Assembly: GCF_001997385.1 (NCBI RefSeq)
Contig: NZ_CP019633.1
Span: 270,001 to 302,000 of the forward strand
Source: Sedimentisphaera cyanobacteriorum
GTDB taxonomy: Bacteria; Planctomycetota; Phycisphaerae; Sedimentisphaerales; Sedimentisphaeraceae
Direction: 5' to 3'
DNA length: 32,000 nucleotides
Under the pieces are notes generated by a model. It did not search any database and was not told the DNA's origin. It saw nothing but the letters and a program-made list of their open reading frames with translations. This document shows, piece by piece, positions 14,473-22,503 of the stretch (positions within the stretch are counted from its first letter, which is position 1; the number at the start of each line of letters is the position of its first letter). The position numbers were made by a program, and so were the translations under genes.

Positions 14473-16683
14473 TTAAAGTTCGCTGTCGAGTATTCTTGAG
14501 CGTACAGATGATATATCCACCATAAAGCGGCCGCACCTTGGCTGCTCGCCAGTTGGGAAGCCTTTGCCGAGATATGCCCAGTTGGCGATTGGATTGTGCG
14601 AGATTTGCCTGTATGAGTGGTTGTTCATTTTTGCTCTGCTGATAGAGCCGCCTGTGAATATGTTTATCGTATTCCAAGATTGGGGCTTGAGCTCTCCAAG
14701 AACCTGATCGTTTCCCTCAAAACGCATATAAACTGCATTCTGCCTTGCCACCACCTCTACCGGCACATCTCTGTCTCCAAAGCTGCAAAGTACGGTTTCA
14801 TCCTCAGCGAGCATCTTGAATGTGAATTCGAGCTGGAGGTAATCGCCGTATTTTCTGGTGTTGTAGTCGAAGTCCAGTCCTGCGGAGGATTCGCCGTTGA
14901 AGTATAAGAATTTTCTGCCTGCTTCGGTTCCATACTCCACTGTTCCCGCATTGCTTTCTTCCGGGAGCGAGAATTTCTCCATCAGCTCCTGCTCAGCAGG
15001 ATCCATATTTAGAATGAGCTTTTTGCTTTCGGGGATAGGCTTATCTCTCGAGGCCTTGCGTTTGAGCTCCCAGAGGTGTCGTTTGTACATTTCGCTGATA
15101 TATTTTTCCTCTACTGGCGTGCTGTAGAGCTTGAGAATCCTTAGGTCGCCGGAGAAACCTGCTTCAAACTTTGAATTGCCGATTTTAGCAGCTCCTCCGG
15201 AGAGCCTGCCGAGCTTGTCTTTTGGATATTTCTTTTCGCTGAGTTTTTCGCCTGATGCATAAAAGATTATTTTCCCCTCCAGAGCATCAAGCCTTGCCCC
15301 GAGACACTGCCACTGATCGAGATCTTCGATCACCTCAGACTCTATCTCCCCCACCTCAGGGAAAACAAGAACCTGTCTTCGGTTTTCGATTTTCCAGATA
15401 AACCCGCTTTGCCCGCTTTTGCAGTCTAAGATTGTTCCGCCTCTGCCTGTGCGAACCCAAGCGCTTGCTGCGAAGCCTGTTTCATCGATTTCGAGCTCGT
15501 CTTCAGTATTGATTCGCTGGGCGGCGCTGAAGTGGTAATATTTGTCCCTTTTCTGAGGTCTTTCAGTATCGGGGAAGCCTTTTGAACGCGGGTAAATATA
15601 GTATTTCTCGCTTTCGGGCATCTGCATTACAGCAGCCTTAATAACCTGATTTTCAACCCCGCTTGTATATGAAACCACAAGCCTTTCGCCCCTGATAAAA
15701 CAGTGGGGATTGAAGGCAAACGGGTCGGTTCTGGAAATCGTGCGGCCTGCTTCAAAATCAAAATTCGGGCCGTGTTTGCAGAAAATTGCAAGGTTGTCGT
15801 GAGCAGTTATCTTTTGTGAGCCGGCTTTGTATCTCGAGTCGTTGGTAACGATGAAATTACGCGTCAGCTTTTCAGACTGCTCAAAACTTTCGGCCTGATT
15901 GAAACCTGTAAGAGGTGTTTCCACCATATCGAAGGGGAATTTCTGCGGGTAGCTCCAGTGTTTGCCCCAGTCTATTGATTCACTGTACAGGCAGCTTGGG
16001 TCTTCGGGTTTGAATCGGGGTTTGATAAAGGCTGAAAGCTTTGTTTCACCGCTGCGCCAGATGGCTGCATTGAAATCGCCTTCCGGAAGAGGTTTAATCT
16101 GCCCGATTTTTTCCCACGTTTCGCCTTCGTCTGTGGTTTGCGCTGTAAGAAGCTCGCGAGACTCCTTATCCAGCACGAGGAAATGTGCCCCCGCTACGCC
16201 TGCATTTACAAGATAAGGCCTGCCCTGCAGAGTGATATCGGAATTCTTGTCGAAGCCTTCAATTTCCGGATAAACCGTTGCCTCCGGTTCGGCCATCTCA
16301 TCAAAACGGGAAAGGGCAAGCTTCCCTGACGATGATTTCCAGAAGAGCCAAAGGCTTCTTCCGTAAACGAAAGGTTCGGGGCTCATCCCTGAGCTGTCGG
16401 ATTCGAAGAGCTTTTCCGGGGAAGACCATCCCCTCAAATCGCGGCTGATGCTGAAATATATGTTATTCTTTTCGAATTCCTCATTTCGGCTGTTCCAAAA
16501 GCAGTACCACCCGCCTTTGAACCATACGATAGAGCTTCCGTTGTTGAGCCGGCCAGTTCTCTCAGAGCTGCTTAACACTCTGTACTTGTGAAGATCCGGC
16601 TGGTAAACTTCGTAATTTCGCCAGGGCTTGCCTAAAGCATTGATTGCCGCTGCAAGCAGCAGAAGAATCAGCAGCCGTTTCAT
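14473..16683 (-). CDS. Secreted Asp-box (BNR) beta-propeller / sialidase-fold-like protein with two C-terminal LamG (concanavalin-like) domains
   Basis: 736 aa with signal peptide MKRLLILLLLAAAINALG. Asp-boxes are TTDEGETW and SIDWGKHW. The C-terminal half has two Laminin_G_3-like units: FAASAWVRTGRGGTILDC..GDLRILKLY, and FLYFNGESSAGLDF..AYLGKG. A strong GGAGGTG lies 4 nt upstream of the ATG. Confidence 0.7.
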   Translation of the reverse strand: MKRLLILLLLAAAINALGKPWRNYEVYQPDLHKYRVLSSSERTGRLNNGSSIVWFKGGWYCFWNSRNEEFEKNNIYFSISRDLRGWSSPEKLFESDSSGMSPEPFVYGRSLWLFWKSSSGKLALSRFDEMAEPEATVYPEIEGFDKNSDITLQGRPYLVNAGVAGAHFLVLDKESRELLTAQTTDEGETWEKIGQIKPLPEGDFNAAIWRSGETKLSAFIKPRFKPEDPSCLYSESIDWGKHWSYPQKFPFDMVETPLTGFNQAESFEQSEKLTRNFIVTNDSRYKAGSQKITAHDNLAIFCKHGPNFDFEAGRTISRTDPFAFNPHCFIRGERLVVSYTSGVENQVIKAAVMQMPESEKYYIYPRSKGFPDTERPQKRDKYYHFSAAQRINTEDELEIDETGFAASAWVRTGRGGTILDCKSGQSGFIWKIENRRQVLVFPEVGEIESEVIEDLDQWQCLGARLDALEGKIIFYASGEKLSEKKYPKDKLGRLSGGAAKIGNSKFEAGFSGDLRILKLYSTPVEEKYISEMYKRHLWELKRKASRDKPIPESKKLILNMDPAEQELMEKFSLPEESNAGTVEYGTEAGRKFLYFNGESSAGLDFDYNTRKYGDYLQLEFTFKMLAEDETVLCSFGDRDVPVEVVARQNAVYMRFEGNDQVLGELKPQSWNTINIFTGGSISRAKMNNHSYRQISHNPIANWAYLGKGFPTGEQPRCGRFMVDISSVRSRILDSEL

Positions 16684-16699
16684 ATTTCACCTCCGAAAG

Positions 16700-17572
16700 C
16701 TAATTATCATCGAGCCCAAGATCCACAGACCTTGCTCCGTGTGTGAGGGCTCCTATCGATATCCTGTCAACGCCCGTCTGTGCTACAGCACGCAGGGTTT
16801 GTTCTGTGATCCCGCCGCTGGCTTCAAGTTCCTTGTGCGGGGCGGTTTCATTGCGCACTTCTACAGCGTAAGACATCTGTTCAGGGCTCATATTGTCCAG
16901 CAGGATTATGTCCACGCCTTCCACCTTTAGAACGGTGTGGAACTGCTCAGCAAGCTCATCCACCTCTACGCATACAAATTTAACGCCTTCTACGGCCTTG
17001 CTCATATCTACGAATCTTCTAAGCTGGGATTCGTGGTCTTCTCCGAGGTGGGCAAAGTGGTTGTCTTTGAGCATAACAGCATCAGAGAGGTTGTAGCGGT
17101 GGTTGAAGCCTCCGCCGCATCTAACGGCAAATTTCTCCAGCTCCCTCCAGCCCGGGGTTGTTTTGCGTGTATCGTAAATACCTGCGCCTGTGCCTTTGAT
17201 TATATCAACGTATCTCTTTGTTGCAGTTGACACGCCGCAGAGCCTCTGAAGAAAATTCAGCAGCACCCTCTCAGCGCTGAGCATTGCGCGAAGAGGCCCG
17301 TAGATGGCTGCGAGGGTTTCGCCTTTTTTTGCGTAGTGTCCGTCGCCTGCGAAAAAATCTATATGGAGCTCACTGCTGTATTCCTGCAGCACAAGCTCTG
17401 CTACCTCACGCCCGCAGAAAACCAAGTCCTCTCTTGCTCTGAGGTATGTTCTTGCGTTGCTGTCTGGAGGTATTGTTATTCTGGTGGTGTGGTCGCCTCC
17501 GCCGAAATCTTCTTCAACTGCGAATTTTATCAGCGGGAGAACTCTTTCAATCTCTATAGGTTTAATTTTCAT
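16700..17572 (-). CDS. nadC: Nicotinate-nucleotide pyrophosphorylase (quinolinate phosphoribosyltransferase)
   Basis: 290 aa. It carries the QPRTase signature TRKTTPGWRELEKFAVRCGGGFNHRYNLSDAVMLKDNH and a C-terminal GVDRISIGALTH. Confidence 0.93.
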   Translation of the reverse strand: MKIKPIEIERVLPLIKFAVEEDFGGGDHTTRITIPPDSNARTYLRAREDLVFCGREVAELVLQEYSSELHIDFFAGDGHYAKKGETLAAIYGPLRAMLSAERVLLNFLQRLCGVSTATKRYVDIIKGTGAGIYDTRKTTPGWRELEKFAVRCGGGFNHRYNLSDAVMLKDNHFAHLGEDHESQLRRFVDMSKAVEGVKFVCVEVDELAEQFHTVLKVEGVDIILLDNMSPEQMSYAVEVRNETAPHKELEASGGITEQTLRAVAQTGVDRISIGALTHGARSVDLGLDDN

Positions 17573-17623
17573 CTCTTTATAATAATGTTCGGCTTTTTGA
17601 AGCCTCAGCAGGTTTATAATCGG

Positions 17624-18139
17624 TTAAAATCTGTTTTTCACAGCTCTTCTAAGCAGCACCATAGCCATCGCTTCAATTGCCTCGCCTCTTCCTACAGCCC
17701 CCATGCCTTCGTTGGTTTTGGCTTTAATATTAACTTTTGCAAAGTCCGCACCGCATATATCTGCGATGCTTCTTTTTATCTGCTTTTTATAGGCCGAAAG
17801 GTTGGGTTCTTCTGCTTTTATCACTATATCGATATTAACAAATTCCCATTTCTCCGATTCGGTTATCTCAATAACGAACGAAAGCAGTTTGGAGCTGTCT
17901 ATATTGTGATATTTCTCATCGTTGTTCGGGAAGAACTCGCCTATATCGCCTATGCAGGCAGCCCCGAGTATAGCATCTATTACTGCATGAATTACTACAT
18001 CGCCGTCGCTGTGGCCTACGAGGCCTTTGTCAAAAGGGATTTCAACACCCCCGAGAAATAACTTTTCATTCTCATCGAGCCTGTGGATATCTGTTCCAAT
18101 GCCCGTTCTGTATTCGAAGGTTGTATCAACTACTCTCAC
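17624..18139 (-). CDS. ispF: 2-C-methyl-D-erythritol 2,4-cyclodiphosphate synthase
   Basis: 171 aa with a GTG start overlapping the hisB stop (GTGA). Motifs are GIGTDIHRL and GHSDGDVVIHAVIDAILGA. Confidence 0.93.
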   Translation of the reverse strand: MRVVDTTFEYRTGIGTDIHRLDENEKLFLGGVEIPFDKGLVGHSDGDVVIHAVIDAILGAACIGDIGEFFPNNDEKYHNIDSSKLLSFVIEITESEKWEFVNIDIVIKAEEPNLSAYKKQIKRSIADICGADFAKVNIKAKTNEGMGAVGRGEAIEAMAMVLLRRAVKNRF

Positions 18140-18720
18140 AGCACACCTTTCGTACTTGGTATTTCGTCTCCTGTAACCTCCACCGCCTTGGCGAAGGCCT
18201 GTCCGAGAGCCTTGAATACTGACTCAGCTATGTGGTGATTGTTTGTACCGTACGGTACGTTTATATGCATATTTATTCTCGCTGAATTCGTGAAAGACCG
18301 CAGGAATTCTTCCAGCAGCTCCACATCAAACGAGCCGATCTTGCTGCTTGTAAACTGGATATTATAAGCCAGATATGGGCGTCCTGATATGTCAACAGAA
18401 GCATTGGCCAAAGCATCTTCCATCGGAACGCTTGCCCAGCCGTATCTGTTTATTCCCCGCTTATCGCCAAGGGCTTCGTTGAAGGCTGTCCCAAGGCAGA
18501 TCGCTGCATCCTCACAGGTGTGGTGGTAGTCAACCTCGTAGTCTCCGGATGCTTGTATTGTGATGTCAATCCCGCTGTGTTTGCTCAAGTGAGCAAGCAT
18601 ATGGTCGAGAAAACCGATTCCGGTATTGGATTTGCAGATGCCTTTGCCGTCCAGATTGAGGCTCAGGTTTACCTGCGTTTCGGTGGTTTTGCGGTTTATC
18701 TCTGCTTTCCTGTCTGACAT
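18136..18720 (-). CDS. hisB: Imidazoleglycerol-phosphate dehydratase
   Basis: 194 aa. IGPD blocks are RKTTETQVNLSLNLDG, GIGFLDHML, DYHHTCEDAAI and NNHHIAES. Confidence 0.95.
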   Translation of the reverse strand: MSDRKAEINRKTTETQVNLSLNLDGKGICKSNTGIGFLDHMLAHLSKHSGIDITIQASGDYEVDYHHTCEDAAICLGTAFNEALGDKRGINRYGWASVPMEDALANASVDISGRPYLAYNIQFTSSKIGSFDVELLEEFLRSFTNSARINMHINVPYGTNNHHIAESVFKALGQAFAKAVEVTGDEIPSTKGVL

Positions 18721-18730
18721 AAATATTCTC

Positions 18731-19789
18731 CTAAAGGGACGGTAATATTGTGCTCAGGGAATCAAGCAGTTTATTGTTCTGCCTGTTCGTTCCTACGGTA
18801 ATCCTAAGCTTATCTCGAAGACCGTCAAGGTCGAAATAGCGGACGATAATGCCTGCATCGAAAAGCTTTTTGTATATCTGCTTAGCTTCCGGGTGCTGGG
18901 CGAGTACGAAGTTTGTATGGCTCTTATTCACCTCAAAGCCGAGCTTCACCAGCTCAACACGGAGCATTTCCCTTTGCTCCTTTATCTTTCCCACTGTTTT
19001 GCGGAAGTAGTTCTGGTCTGCAATCGCTGCTGAGGCGATTTCCACTGAAAGCCTGTTTACGTTGTACGAATCACGCACCTTATTGAGTCCTTCAAGCAGA
19101 TTCTCCGATACGATTCCGTATCCGAAGCGAAGCCCTGCAAGCCCGTATCCCTTAGACATAGACCTAAGTACGATGATATTGTCGAATTCTTTAACAATTG
19201 CGGCACAGCTTGTCGGTGCGAAATCCACATACGCCTCGTCTATAAGAAGGATGCCGAGCCCCTCGAGCCTTGCTGCAAGCATAGAGATCCTGTCCGGGGT
19301 GATGAAATCTGCTGTAGGTGCGTTGGGGTTGCAAAGTATGCTCAGGGAAGCGGAAATCTCTGCGATTTTCTGCACAGCCTCGTCGGGCTGATACGTTACC
19401 CGAAGCGCCGAGCAGCCCTGAATGCCCGCAAGCTCGTCGTAGAGTGAATATGTGGGCGATGCCCAGCAAACGTTCCGTTTTTCGTCCGTAAACGCCCTGA
19501 ATGCAAGGGTTAGAAGCTCATCTCCTCCGTTGGTGCAGATAATATTGTCTATGCCTACACCGTTCACCTCAGCAGCGATTTTGCGGAATTTATCAGCTGA
19601 GGGCTGCGGATACTTGCGCAGCTGGTTTGGATCGAAGTTTTTCAATGCTTCGCCCGCTTTCGGGGAGGGGCCGAATGCATTTTCGTTGGTGTTGAGCTTT
19701 ATAACATCGCTTTCTGCCGGCTGGTAACCGGGAACATAGGCCTCTAAATTTTCAATATTTTCTCTGAAATAGCCCATCATTTGTCCCAT
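18731..19789 (-). CDS. hisC: Histidinol-phosphate aminotransferase
   Basis: 352 aa. Motifs are KLNTNENAFGPSP and SMSKGYGLAGLRFGY (PLP lysine). An alternative start is ATG 19780, which overlaps the accD stop as ATGA. Confidence 0.92.
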   Translation of the reverse strand: MGQMMGYFRENIENLEAYVPGYQPAESDVIKLNTNENAFGPSPKAGEALKNFDPNQLRKYPQPSADKFRKIAAEVNGVGIDNIICTNGGDELLTLAFRAFTDEKRNVCWASPTYSLYDELAGIQGCSALRVTYQPDEAVQKIAEISASLSILCNPNAPTADFITPDRISMLAARLEGLGILLIDEAYVDFAPTSCAAIVKEFDNIIVLRSMSKGYGLAGLRFGYGIVSENLLEGLNKVRDSYNVNRLSVEIASAAIADQNYFRKTVGKIKEQREMLRVELVKLGFEVNKSHTNFVLAQHPEAKQIYKKLFDAGIIVRYFDLDGLRDKLRITVGTNRQNNKLLDSLSTILPSL

Positions 19790-20625
19790 AAATAGTCTAT
19801 AAGTTTTGCCAGCTCTTTTCGCAAATCCCTTCTGTCTATTATCATATCAACGAATCCGTGTTCAAGGAGAAATTCGCTTCTCTGAAATCCTTCGGGCAAA
19901 TCTACGTTTATTGTCTGCTTGATAACACGCGGACCTGCAAACCCGATAAGAGCCCCGGGCTCTGCTGCGATAATATCACCAAGCATCGCAAAGCTCGCTG
20001 TTACTCCGCCTGTGGTCGGGTCTGTGAGTATTGGGATAAAAAGCCCGCCTGCATTATCAAGCCGTGCAAGGGCGGCGCTGGTTTTTGCCATCTGCTGGAC
20101 AGAGATTACACCTTCGTGCATCCTTGCCCCGCCGCTGCAGACCACCATTATAAAAGGCACTTTTTCTTCAACAGCTCTCTCGGCCGCTCGGCAGAATTTC
20201 TCTCCAACTACCTCGCCCATAGACCCCATAAGAAAGCTCGGATCCATAACACCGAGAATTACTCTTCGTCCTTTTATAAATGCCCGTCCGACCTTCACCG
20301 CCTCTGAAGAGCCGCTTTTTTCGGCATCTGTTTTGAGCCGGTCCTTGTAGCTCGTGCCGCGGAAGTGGAAATTCAGCGGGTCTGAGCTTGTAAGCTCAGA
20401 ATTGAATTCCTCAAAAGAGCTTTCGTCTGCGAGCTGTTTTATCCTTGTATCTGCATCAATACGGAAATGCTGTCCGCATTCGGTGCAGATATGCATATTC
20501 GAAGCTACGGCCTTGCAGTAGAGCGTGTTTTTGCAGCTGCTGCACTGCATCCAAACGCCTTCAGGCATTTCAAGCCGGGGGCTGAGCGAAAATCCGCCCC
20601 AGTTAGACTTTGGTTTTTTTGCCAT
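19777..20625 (-). CDS. accD: Acetyl-CoA carboxylase carboxyltransferase beta subunit
   Basis: 282 aa. It has an N-terminal C4 zinc ribbon (CSSC..CTEC) and the carboxyltransferase blocks SMGEVVGEK and SGGARMHEG. Confidence 0.95.
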   Translation of the reverse strand: MAKKPKSNWGGFSLSPRLEMPEGVWMQCSSCKNTLYCKAVASNMHICTECGQHFRIDADTRIKQLADESSFEEFNSELTSSDPLNFHFRGTSYKDRLKTDAEKSGSSEAVKVGRAFIKGRRVILGVMDPSFLMGSMGEVVGEKFCRAAERAVEEKVPFIMVVCSGGARMHEGVISVQQMAKTSAALARLDNAGGLFIPILTDPTTGGVTASFAMLGDIIAAEPGALIGFAGPRVIKQTINVDLPEGFQRSEFLLEHGFVDMIIDRRDLRKELAKLIDYLWDK

Positions 20626-21054
20626 AAATCTTAATTTCCTGCTGTATGTAAGGTTTTCTCAGGCCTCTGAATTATTCGCTCCGCTCAATATGGTTAAGCG
20701 GACTAACATTTACAGAGTTTAATTATATTCATACAAAAGCCCATTTCGAGAAAAAAACAATTGAAAAACCAAGCCTGTAACCCTTTTAAGGCCTTCTCTG
20801 AGAATGGAAAGCATTTTTTGATAATTTTTTGCCCCTATTAGCAGCAAATTTTCTGCATATTTTAATGCTCAAAAATCAATCCGGTCTTGTATAATTGTCA
20901 GAAAGTGAAAATTGATTTAAGTTTGTCTTAGTTTATTTCTAATAGTTCTTTTAGTTATCAGGCAATTTATAGTGCGGTTTTCTTTTGTGTAAAAGTTTTT
21001 TTTGAGCAGTTCTTCTGTGAGAGAAAGATTGAAGGCCAGCGTGTTTTAGGACGG

Positions 21055-21147
21055 CTGCAAGTGCTTTAATGACAAAAGCTTACGCTTTCCTCGCTGCAAA
21101 GAAGCCTGATAATGTCAAAACCGTATCATTAAGCCCTGCAGTTTTTT
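21055..21147 (+). other. Long-range helix closing a ~50-nt insert, followed by T6 (terminator-like or candidate sRNA 3' end)
   Basis: CTGCA (21055-59) pairs with TGCAG (21137-41). GCTT(T)AATGA (21063-72) pairs with TCATTAAGC (21126-34). TTTTTT follows at 21142-47, immediately before a TTGACA hexamer. Confidence 0.35.
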
Positions 21148-21148
21148 C

Positions 21149-21177
21149 TTGACAAGGGGGCTGTTTTTTTATATTTA
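21149..21177 (+). promoter_or_regulatory. Candidate sigma-70-like promoter for the rpmF-fab operon
   Basis: TTGACA lies at 21149-54. The downstream T/A-rich -10 region reads TATATTTAAT, giving TATATT at a 15-nt spacer or TATTTA at a 17-nt spacer. An alternative perfect TATAAT at 21258-63 lacks a -35. Confidence 0.3.
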
Positions 21178-21205
21178 ATCTGCTCTGTTTTGCATAAAGA
21201 ATTAA

Positions 21206-21244
21206 GCCCCGCCGCTTGCGTTAAGCCGTGGGGCAATAGTTTTT
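21206..21244 (+). promoter_or_regulatory. Terminator-like hairpin in the rpmF leader (possible attenuator)
   Basis: GCCCCGCCGCTT (21206-17) pairs with AAGCCGTGGGGC (21223-34) over 11 pairs, including 1 G-U and 1 mismatch. AATAG then TTTTT (21240-44) follows. It lies 52 nt upstream of the rpmF ATG. Confidence 0.3.
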
Positions 21245-21295
21245 AGTGGTAAAGTACTATAATTTGACAGCAAACAAATATACACGGAGACAATA

Positions 21296-21484
21296 ATGCA
21301 GCCAGTAAAGAAGACGAGTCGTTCCCGCACAAGGACAAGAAGAGCCCATCATGCCCTTCGCCCTGTGAACTACTCTGTATGCCAGCAGTGTGGTGATTCT
21401 AAACTGCCTCATGCGGCCTGCGGAAACTGCGGGTACTACAACAAGAAGATAAGTATTGATATCGATACGGAGGCCGCAAGCTGA
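21296..21484 (+). CDS. rpmF: 50S ribosomal protein L32
   Basis: 62 aa. It has a basic N-terminus KKTSRSRTRTRRAHHAL and a CxxC..CxxC zinc ribbon. GGAG lies 6 nt upstream. Confidence 0.95.
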   Translation: MQPVKKTSRSRTRTRRAHHALRPVNYSVCQQCGDSKLPHAACGNCGYYNKKISIDIDTEAAS

Positions 21485-21486
21485 AA

Positions 21487-22503
21487 ATGCGAGTTGCCTT
21501 GGACGTAATGGGCGGAGACGGAGCTCCCGGGGTTAATATAGAAGGAGCCCTGCTCGCTGCTAAGGAAATTGAAAAGGGCGATACCATATATCTGGTGGGT
21601 CCGGAAGAGATTGTTAAAAACAAACTCAGCGAATTTAAAAACGCCTCAAAGTTTGACAATCTTGAAATAATCCACGCACCGGATGTAATCGGTATGGAAG
21701 AGCCTCCTGTGGATGCGATTAGGAAGAAACGCAAAAGCTCTATCGCTGTAATGGCGAAAATGGCGTCCAAGGGTGAAGCAGATGCTATAGTTTCAGCTGG
21801 GAACACAGGTGCCTGCGTAGCGGCAAGTCAGCTCAGGATGAGAAATCTTCCCGGGGTAAACAGGCCGGGTATTGCAGTTGTTTTCCCCACAAAAACAGGC
21901 CCGCATGTGGTATGTGATGTTGGTGCGAATGTCTCCTGCAAGCCGATAAACATCTATCAGTATGCCATAATGGCAAGCGTTTATTCCAGTCAGATGCTCG
22001 GGATAGAAAAGCCCAGAGTCGGCCTTTTGAGTATTGGCGAGGAGGAAAGCAAAGGCAATGAGATTACCAAGAAAACCCGAGCTCTTTTAAGAGACGATGA
22101 AGACTTGAACTTCATTGGCAATATCGAAGGAAGGGATGTCTTCAAAGGGGTTTGCGATGTAACTGTTTGCGAGGGGTTTGTAGGGAATATAGTATTAAAG
22201 CTTACCGAGGGGCTTGTTGACCACCTCTTCGGGGCTATTAGAGATGAACTGAAAAAAGAAAATATGCTGTTTGCCCTTAAATTCAAGGGTATGATGAAGC
22301 GTTTTTACAAGAAATACGATTATCATGAGTATGGAGGTGCGCTGCTTCTGGGCGTGAACGGAACTTCTGTTATATGCCACGGTTCGAGTGTGCCACGTTC
22401 GATTAAGAATGCAGTGCTTGCAGCCGAGAGATTCACAAACAAACAAATAAACGACCAGATAGTTGATTGGCTGTCCAGCAGACCTGTGGAGACTCCGCAA
22501 TGA
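21487..22503 (+). CDS. plsX: Phosphate acyltransferase PlsX
   Basis: 338 aa. Motifs are VALDVMGGDGAP and VSAGNTGA. It shows the classical rpmF-plsX-fab synteny. Confidence 0.95.
   Translation: MRVALDVMGGDGAPGVNIEGALLAAKEIEKGDTIYLVGPEEIVKNKLSEFKNASKFDNLEIIHAPDVIGMEEPPVDAIRKKRKSSIAVMAKMASKGEADAIVSAGNTGACVAASQLRMRNLPGVNRPGIAVVFPTKTGPHVVCDVGANVSCKPINIYQYAIMASVYSSQMLGIEKPRVGLLSIGEEESKGNEITKKTRALLRDDEDLNFIGNIEGRDVFKGVCDVTVCEGFVGNIVLKLTEGLVDHLFGAIRDELKKENMLFALKFKGMMKRFYKKYDYHEYGGALLLGVNGTSVICHGSSVPRSIKNAVLAAERFTNKQINDQIVDWLSSRPVETPQ

Noticed and set aside
14399-14677. 92-aa ORF overlapping the 3' end of the Asp-box/LamG gene and the intergenic gap.
   Set aside because: It overlaps a well-supported gene on the same strand in another frame and has no motif or RBS.
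20525-20722. 65-aa plus-strand ORF spanning the accD start region.
   Set aside because: It is mostly antisense to the accD zinc-ribbon codons and runs into AT-rich DNA. It has no RBS.
20890-20895. Perfect TATAAT hexamers at 20890-95 and 21258-63 as promoters. The second is immediately followed by TTGACA at 21264-69.
   Set aside because: No acceptable -35 lies at 16-18 nt for either, and the TTGACA at 21264 has no -10 downstream. Such hexamers are expected by chance in AT-rich DNA. I kept them only as alternatives in the findings.
21069-21152. 27-codon ORF (MTKAYAFLAAKKPDNVKTVSLSPAVFS) inside the long-range helix.
   Set aside because: No Shine-Dalgarno-like sequence lies upstream, the start is buried in a helix arm, and the stop overlaps the TTGACA hexamer. 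It is more likely non-coding.
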